Shown here: one piece after another, positions 55,818-64,000 of the stretch
Numbering within the stretch: position 1 is the stretch's first letter
Layout of the letters: each line of letters opens with the position of its first letter
Origin: Eledone cirrhosa
Taxonomy: Eukaryota
Direction: 5' to 3'
Assembly (NCBI GenBank): GCA_964016885.1
Contig: OZ024742.1
Coordinates: 89,094,001-89,158,000 of the forward strand
Length of the DNA stretch: 64,000 nucleotides
The notes under the pieces: model-generated
What the model was told of the DNA's origin: nothing
Seen by the model: only the letters and a program-made list of their open reading frames with translations
Database searches by the model: none
Position numbers and translations under genes: made by a program

Positions 55818-56051
55818 TATATGTTTGATAATGGACGAAAATTATTGTTATTGAGTTAATTTAACGCAAAAGTAAAGAAGGCGATGGCTGAAATCACAAA
55901 TGCGAGAAGATCAAACAAATTCGTGCGTTCAAACATCTTTACATATAATGACATAAAACAATTATTAAATAAAATATTTTGACTATAAACCCCTTTATTC
56001 TGACGGGTATTATGTTAGTACTGATACTTTCATAAAAAGTATTATACTTAC

Positions 56052-56087
56052 CCGCTTTCAAACAAGATTCACCGAGACAAAGGTTTT
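56052..56087 (-). CDS. M13 peptidase exon 3 (ENLCLGESCLKA)
   Basis: TAG acceptor, GTAAGT donor, 36 nt, phase 1-1. Carries the C-x4-C motif found at the start of the neprilysin ectodomain. Confidence 0.85.
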
Positions 56088-57756
56088 CTAGATATCAATG
56101 AAAAAATGCAGTTTTAGATCATTTTTAACTATACAGATTTATAGTGTCTAATAGTAAAATATATAAATTCATCAGATAGATGTCAGAACTTACATTACAA
56201 TTAGTTGTACAATAACTAATGGAAATTAAAGTAGCACTATTACTACTAATACTAACGCTACTAATATAGTTTAATGGCAGAACGACAGTTTAAATCTCTT
56301 GCGATATTTAATGACATATATTTAAGTGATGTATTCAAATTTTGAAATCCAAATAATAGCGCTCATTTTTTTTTTTTTTTTCAAAAAGGCTCCAAATTGG
56401 TACGAAAGGGAAATATATAGAAAAAGGAACAGTGGGTTGAATTGCGTAAAATAGTGCTTTCGGCAATAATAGTAAACACAATAAATAGGCCATAATGACT
56501 AGTAATAACAACTAGAGTTGAAACCATATAGCATAAATTGAGGAATCCAAAACACAATACCTTTTTAACTTGTCTTACCGACGGCAGTGTCTTGACTTTT
56601 CATTTCTAACACCCACTTCATTTATTTTATCAATCATTGAAGGAAATTTTATAGGTTATATATATTTCATCGATCCTTGACCAATGTTAAGAACAATTCA
56701 CATCAGTGATATCTAACCTCGGAATGTAAAAGTAATTAAATTAATAGCCGTAAAAACTACATTTTTGCTTCTAAATTATAAACACCGAAATAATTGGTTC
56801 TAGCGTAGAAACAAGACAACTTTACTGGTACGTTATTTAATCGACATCGGGAGGTTGGAAAGCAAAGCTGAACTCCACCTAATTTGAAATCAGAAGGTAA
56901 AATGCCGGAAATAACACTGCTATGAATTAGTCCAACAATGCAACAACAATGGCATCCTGCCTCCTTATGAGAAACTGAATTAATGAACCACAAATACGTC
57001 GCTAGTTGTATTTTAAAGCATCACTAACAACGCTGTAATTCATTTGCTAAATTTATCATTCAGTAAAATAAATATGGATATTCGAGCCAAAACGCGAACC
57101 GCTATAGATTTGCTCTACATGTAACGAATATGAGTCTAATCTCACACAACTCACACAGCAATATTAAAAAACGAAATGACTCAAAGGTTCAGTCATGTAT
57201 GAAAAAGAATAACAATAGAATGATCAGAACTCGAACACCTTTCATGACAGATCTCTTCAATCAACGCTGAGCTGAAAATAAAGATGTCTTACATTACCCG
57301 ACGCATCATACAATTGCTGCGAGAACATAGTTTCCTAGTATTATTAATTATATATTGACAACATTTATTATTATCAAGTACGTAGAATAATATTCATAGA
57401 TGAGGTTTACCAAGACCGTAATATTTCCGCTGGTTTCGCCGTAGGTTTCGCTATGTTGCAAAATGTCTGTTCATTTTATTGCAGTTATGCAATTTGTTAC
57501 ATTTTAAAGACTATTAGAATGCGTTTAAAATCTAAACTATATAGCAGTGGATACACTAAGCTGATCGATGGTTTCCAGACAACTATATTACATATGTGTG
57601 TCACTACAGTATTTGTATTTTGTTTGCAGTATGCTCCTCTGAGGCATCTTTCGTCTGCCGAAATGGCAATACTTGTGCACGATGTCACACACACACCTAA
57701 TATTTTGCTCTCAATCTCTTTCGCTCCTTTCTATTATATACATATATATATATAGT

Positions 57757-57857
<101 letters not shown>

Positions 57858-59268
57858 GTGTGCATGTCTGTGTGTGTGTGTGTGATTCGGTAGATTACTA
57901 GTGATGGTACAAAGATGAGCACAGGTAGAATTTACATATTAAGAAAAACGATGAAGTTTCGTTTACCAAAGGATTGGTTCAAGGTTACACAAGGAAGTTA
58001 TAGATGCGAATCCGTTATCTATCTGCTTTTCATACTGGTCATTCTACCAGAACTACAGCTGATCGATAGTGGAGTCAGATCCATAGCTTCTTAGGGTGAC
58101 TTGAACTAATAACTCTCTAAAACACCCGCAACTAACTATTATTTTTTGCGACACAGATCAAATATAAGTTTGCATTTTCCCTGGGACAATAGAGTTTTAT
58201 TCCAATGGGAACACGGTGGCTTGATAGTTTTTCTCTAACTTCAAACTGGCATGATTCGATCCAGCAATCTCAGAATTGAAGCAGAACCACTCGGGTTTTA
58301 ATGTACTAGCTCCACACCACTCCACTGTTATTAGCTGTCAACTGACCAACCGATCATTAAATCAACATCATAAATCTCCCAAAATTTCATCCACTCTCTC
58401 TCTATAACCGCATCCCCTCCATTAAGATAAAACAATCAGTCTGCCAGAACTTAATCACCCATATATCATCACTGCCCCTTTCACTTTTTATTCACTATAT
58501 ATCTACTTCTTCCCCGTCCTTAGTCCTACCCGTTATGTCTCATCCTCGAATCCTTATCCTCACTCTCTGTCTCCTATCCCTTATCTCTTTCTCTCTTACT
58601 TATTTTTTATTTTCTATTTTTGATTTTTGATTTTAATCCTCTGAGATTTGATTGTACCGCTTACATTTATACTACATATCATGTATTTCGTATTTCTTTT
58701 CATGTTATTGTTATCTTTACCGTCATCACTATTTTACACATCCACTTACTCACCATTATAACTTCAACCACCACCACCACCACTATTATCAGCAACCGTA
58801 TTCTGTACTTATTTTTTGCTTATTTTTTACATCTTTATCATTTTCATTCTAACTTCTTTATTGTTATATTTTATTATCTTTTATTATTGATGTTATTGTT
58901 TTCATTCACTTGATTCTCCGATGTATCTATAAATACCAATGCCAATATTCCGATGATTTGATCAGAGACACACATTGTATTTAAGTTCGAGTGATGCAGC
59001 TTCGAGTGATTAGCACCCTTTAGACTCAACTGATCAATGAAACAATTGTTAATACTGTAAATATAACCCTTTTTGTACAACCGACCATGTATTCTTCACT
59101 CTTTCACTACTATTACTCCAAGAATAACCTGCATGGGAATTCTTGCAAACTCGCTACCTAACTAAGGAAACCTTTTGTTGAGTCAAACAACGCCGTACGT
59201 TAAAACTATCCATAGTGCAGAGTACTCACAACCTCTAACTGGATTTGCTAAAACGATAACTTGTTATC

Positions 59269-59302
<34 letters not shown>

Positions 59303-59540
59303 CGAAGGAAATGTGGTAAGGAACCAGGTGGACCATAACGCACCAAAGTACTCAATACTTAGGGTAGTAGAGTGGGTAATAGGAACGAGTAGGACCCCGA
59401 CGGCTGAGCTCAAGCCTTTTCGACGGCTACTCGTTCCTACTCGTTCCTATATATATATATATATATATATATGTTGGGTGTGAATGTGAGACTTTGCTTA
59501 TTTCTTGGTTGATTCCAAAAGTAAACAATATTTTACGAAC

Positions 59541-59647
59541 CTGAAGGTACATCGTTTGGTATTGCAAGAATGATCACAGCTATTACTAATCCCAATACAC
59601 ATAGAACGAGGAGAACTATTAAAACAGTACGCCACATTTCTTTGTTA
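59541..59647 (-). CDS. M13 peptidase exon 2, type II signal-anchor TM helix (NKEMWRTVLIVLLVLCVLGLVIAVIILAIPNDVPS)
   Basis: TTTTTTCCAG acceptor and GTTCGT donor. A hydrophobic stretch of about 22 aa follows a short cytoplasmic N-terminus. Confidence 0.85.
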
Positions 59648-59749
59648 CTGGAAAAAAGTTGTTTGGAGTGTTGAGAACTGAAAAATATTCCAATATATAA
59701 TAACGTGTAATTTATAATCATTTTATTTTAAAAGAGATAATACAATGCC

Positions 59750-60405
59750 TGAAGGAGAAGATGAATATGTGAGAGTATCAACTATTTACAAGTCTTTGCC
59801 AGAATTGAATGTCCGAAAACAAAGGTATGTCTCTGGGATAAAATGTCTGAAGATGAGGGTGTAAATCTGATTCCATGGCAGTATCTCGGAGCCTTTTGTC
59901 GATAGTTGGAAGGCAGGAGGCTGAATTACGTGCAAGAACTGAAGTAGCTAGTGCAGTAATGCACCAGCTTCAGCATTCGGTGATCAGGCAGGTGTAAAAC
60001 TAAACCCGCTATCTTCAATTCGGTATTATTGCCAACCCTTATATACTGTCATTAATCTTGGGTAATGATCTAAAGAATACGATCACGAATATAAGCTGCC
60101 GAAATGGGATTACTCCGAAGAGTCTTTGAAGTAACATTAATGGATAGAGGTCGTAGATCCGAGATAAGATAGTCGATCAAGTTAGAACCGCTATTTCTAC
60201 GAATTGACAGATTACAGTCCCGATATTAAAGACATATAGAGTGAATGTCTCAGAAAAGAATCGCTGGACAGAGTCAGCCGGTCGGGGATACATGAGATCG
60301 GACGGATTCCACTGGTGATCCAGCCTGATCAATTGGAAACAGTTGCTTCGCTGGAAGGCGTGCTTGTGGAATCTACCCTCATGGAAGAAGAAGAACAACA
60401 ACAAC
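59750..60405 (+). mobile_element. Decayed RTE-like LINE 3' region (reverse-complement homologue at ~1056-1385)
   Basis: Remnants of YLWD/YLG, ISAAEMGLLRR and LEPLFLRI; (AAG/AAC) tail; mutual similarity with 1250-1350. Confidence 0.62.
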
Positions 60406-60489
60406 AACAAATATTAAAAACGTAAACAAAAATCCATCGTAACTCTTCACATATAAAAAAATATTTAAATTATCTATCTATTAATAAAA

Positions 60490-61118
60490 ACAACATTTAT
60501 ACTCACCAAAATTATTTATATATAAATAACCTGTTGTAATATAATAAAATGAAATATACTTACAACCCTAATTCTTCATAACATGTACTTATAAATATTA
60601 TCTCTATAATATTAAAACACACTATTATAATAGACCCAATCGTAGTATATCTCACTTTTTAAAATTAATATTCTACCACTTTAACACATTTATAATTTTC
60701 ATGTTATATTATAGATACTCCCAAAACATTTAATTTTATAATTAAATAAATAAATATAATTATTTCACTCTCTTTACACCATCTATAATACGATCCATAC
60801 AATTATATATTAATACTAATAGTCTATTTCTAACTATAATATACTTTTTTTTTATATTCTTTCCTTAAGTTTTTCTTCCACCCTAATATTAATATTAACC
60901 TCTATCTTTTCTTCCCTTAAAAAATAATCCTAATAACGATCTTTTTCAACTTTACGTTATCCTCATTAACATATTCATCCTCAGATTTGATTTTCTTTTT
61001 CACTATTCAAACAGAACTTAAAACGATAAGTTCTTGTTTTTGGATATGTCACTATCTGTAAAACAACTTTTGTATTTTATCTGATGAGAGCGTGCCAAAA
61101 TGTTGGTACCCTTGAAAT
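60490..61118 (+). repeat. Diverged copy of the 51790-52300 pLTR-like arm
   Basis: Shared AACCTGTTGTAAT...TAATTCTTCATA and CTGATGAGAGCGT...GGTACCCTTGAAAT blocks. Confidence 0.75.
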
Positions 61119-61900
61119 ATCTATATATATAAAACTGAGGATGTCTGTCTGTGTGTGTGTGAGTTTGAATCCATAAAACTCGAGAACCGACTGTTTTCAA
61201 ACTTTACACATGTAATACTTATGTTTCATGGAGTGTTCTGAGCAAAAAGAATTTCAAATTGTCTATGCCCTAGGGACCGCATTATGCGATTTAGCGATCT
61301 CTCTCTATAATTCTTAGTCTTTCTCTTTTTAGATAGATACATATATATAACGTCGCACCCTTATAATATCTGTCTGTATGTCTGACTGTCACATCCCTGT
61401 ATGTCTATATGTATGTATGTCTTACGTCACTTCTCTGAGGATGTCTGTGTGTATGTGTATCGGTGAGTTTGAATCCCTAAATCTCGAGAAGTACCCAACC
61501 GACTTTTTTCAAACTTTACATGTGTATTACTTGTGTTTCTGGGAGTGTTATGCACATAAAAACATTTAACTTTTTGATCCCCTAGGGCCCGCATTAGTTG
61601 AAAAACTGCGTTTTTTCAGGTTTTTAGGTTTGTTTTTAGTCGTTACGTCAGATTGATTTCCTTGAAATTGTAACTATGTATTAGTCAGTCTCTTCTTCTT
61701 ACCGTGATAAAAAAAAATCCAACTTTTAATGGCCTAGGGCCCGCATTAGGTGAGAAACTTCATTTTTTCAGCTTGTTAGGTCTTTTTGTAAGACGTTACG
61801 TCTAGCCGATTTTTCCCGAAATTTCAAGGCATATTATGCACATAAAAAATTTCATTTTCTTGATCCCCTAGGGCCCGCATTAGGTGAAAACCTGCATTTT
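61119..61900 (+). mobile_element. Probable non-autonomous Helitron-like repeat with internal duplications
   Basis: Starts TCTATATATATAAAA after an A. A ~150-bp block is repeated at ~61435 and a CCTAGGG(C/A)CCGCATTA motif occurs four times. No 3' CTRR end was identified. Confidence 0.45.
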
Positions 61901-62842
61901 TTCCTGTTTCATCGAGGAAAATCTGAAAGATTATCCAGCCATCAGAGTATAAAGGCCAATATAAAGGCCAGGGATATCTCAAAGACTTCAAAAATAAAAT
62001 AGACAACCTGAACAAAAACAAAAACTAACAATTTATACGGAATTGAAAAGGATGATTATAATAATTTAATATTGAAAGAATTATAAAAAAAAACTCTAAT
62101 GAAGATCTATCAACCCTAAATAACGAAGCTTCGGAAATTATTTACAAATTAGGTATTCAAAATAGGACTGAACCTTTCACACCAAGATAACCGAAGATAA
62201 ATATGAAGGACCACAAAAGAAATGTCGAAGCAGAACTACCAGTCAGACTTATTGCACCATCTAAATCTGATTTAGGTATAATTAGCAAACATATACTAGA
62301 TAGGATAATACCAGTCCTTAATCATAAATCACACCTTAAACTTGGGAACGGTACAAATGAAGTAATCGATTGGTTCGCAGACATTAAATTAAAACATAGA
62401 AACAAATTTATACAAATGGATATCGCTAACTACTACTCTTCAATTACCCCTAACTTACTTAATAAGGCACTTATTTACGCTTCAAAATATACTGACTTAT
62501 CTAGTGATGAAATAAATATTATTTTAACCGCACGTAAAACCCTGATTGAATTTAATAACCATCTCTGGACTAGGGCTGATAGACAGAACAATTTTGATAT
62601 CACAATGTGATCATCTGACTCAATGCAGGTAACAGACCTCGTTGGAATATTTATTCTTAACCTACTACATAGAAAAATGTCAGAGATGGTCGGAGGTTTA
62701 TATCGCGACGATATGTTACTTATAGTTGAAAACCATAGTAATACCGAACTTACCAGGAAAAAGAAAATTATTATAGAATTTTTCAATAATTATAACCTTA
62801 AATTAGAAATGGAGAATAATAGTAAAACTGTTAACTTCTTAG

Positions 62843-62845
<3 letters not shown>
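61900..62845 (+). mobile_element. Penelope-like RT fragment, same YRDD-type clade, cut off at (TG)n
   Basis: PVRLIAPSKSDLG, MDIANYYSSI, GGLYRDD, VNFLDV. Confidence 0.85.
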
Positions 62846-62895
<50 letters not shown>

Positions 62896-63119
62896 GCAAT
62901 CAGAGCATAGCGAGGACAAAATTATATATATAGCAGAGAAACACCCACTATCATATTTCTTTGGATAAGGCCGTACCAGACCTATAGCTGCATCAGTAAC
63001 TTATAAGCCATTTGTTACCAGGGAATAAACAATACATGGAACGAATATACAAAATATGGGGGGGTTTAGATGAAATTGAACAATAGAGTCCAGAAACTTG
63101 CAATAAAGGAAAGCAATGT

Positions 63120-63199
<80 letters not shown>

Positions 63200-63203
<4 letters not shown>

Positions 63204-63360
63204 TAAATCAGCAGGAGGGCTCAAGCGACATGCAAAAGTACATGAACTCCAACCACAGCCGACTATTCCCAGTGAATGTTTTGGTTGCCGACTCATTTTA
63301 GATCATTGGCTGGGCTAAAAAGTCACATTCGATCGCAGCGCTGTTAGTTGCTATCGTGTG
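63200..63360 (+). mobile_element. RTE-like 3' end with C2H2-like fingers
   Basis: ECKSAGGLKRHAKVH, and GCTGGGCTAAAAAGTCACA similar to the 3' half of the 27977 element. Confidence 0.6.
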
Positions 63361-63524
63361 TGTGTATATAGATATGTTTATGTGTGTGCGTGTATGTGTA
63401 TATATATATGTATATGTATATTATTATTGTTGTTGTCGTTATTATTATTGTTGCTATTATTATTAATATAGTTATTAATGTATATGTGTGTGTATATATA
63501 TATGTGTGTATATATGTATATGTA

Positions 63525-63607
<83 letters not shown>

Positions 63608-63824
63608 CTTTTTTTTAAAGATATATATATATTTCTTTTTTTTAGTTTAGTTCCTCGCAAAATGGAGGTCAGGAAAATAATGATAACACAGAAACAAATA
63701 CTAGTGTCAATACAGTTGATTAAATACTTGGGATGTGTATGCCAGCATAATCACAACAGAAATTAGTAAACAAAAATATAAACAATGAGTTGCAACAATT
63801 AATAACATCTAAATTATTTCTTAC

Positions 63825-63868
63825 GTTTCCATATTGTTAGTTTCGATATAAACTTTTTCTTTCACCAT
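63825..63868 (-). CDS. M13 peptidase (neprilysin/ECE-like) gene, first coding exon (MVKEKVYIETNNME-T)
   Basis: ATG at 63868 is the first Met after an in-frame TAA. Donor GTAAGA at 63824. The phase-2 end matches the phase of the next exon. Confidence 0.7.
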
Positions 63869-64000
63869 AGCCAGACTTATATCTTCAATTTGTAATCTCT
63901 GTTATATATCTCAAAATTCAAAATGCACTGCTGGGATGTGTAATTCGTTGTAAGTTTTAATTTCAGAATTGTTATTGAATGCAGTAAATGAAGTTGTATA

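Noticed and set aside
62608-62610. In-frame TGA in the Penelope RT as selenocysteine
   Set aside because: It sits at a conserved Gly position (GGA in the 49.58-kb relative) in a copy with other stops, so it is ordinary decay.

Overview
AT-rich, microsatellite-dense eukaryotic DNA. The SINE, R4/Dong, Tx1, RTE and Penelope repertoire resembles a cephalopod (Octopus-like) genome; that assignment is inference. The window is almost entirely the 5' half of one minus-strand gene for a divergent M13-family (neprilysin/ECE-like) type II membrane metallopeptidase. Nine phase-consistent exons run from ATG 63868 to 2688 (903 nt, 301 codons) and the gene continues off the left edge. Its introns hold retroelements: one full-length open R4/Dong-type RLE LINE ORF (1129 aa), many 5'-truncated RLE copies from at least four families, a near full-length Tx1/L1, bipartite RTE-derived non-autonomous elements, tRNA-type SINEs and several Penelope-like elements. 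Main points: (1) RLE LINEs sit in (AAT)n tracts that are SINE tails, and two other RLE families sit in (TACA)n tracts that are tails of RTE-derived elements; (2) about 13 type I hammerhead ribozyme motifs from at least 6 families, many inside ORF-less inverted repeats with a ribozyme on each strand; (3) a host exon with a TGG rather than TAG acceptor. All structures and alignments were read by eye.
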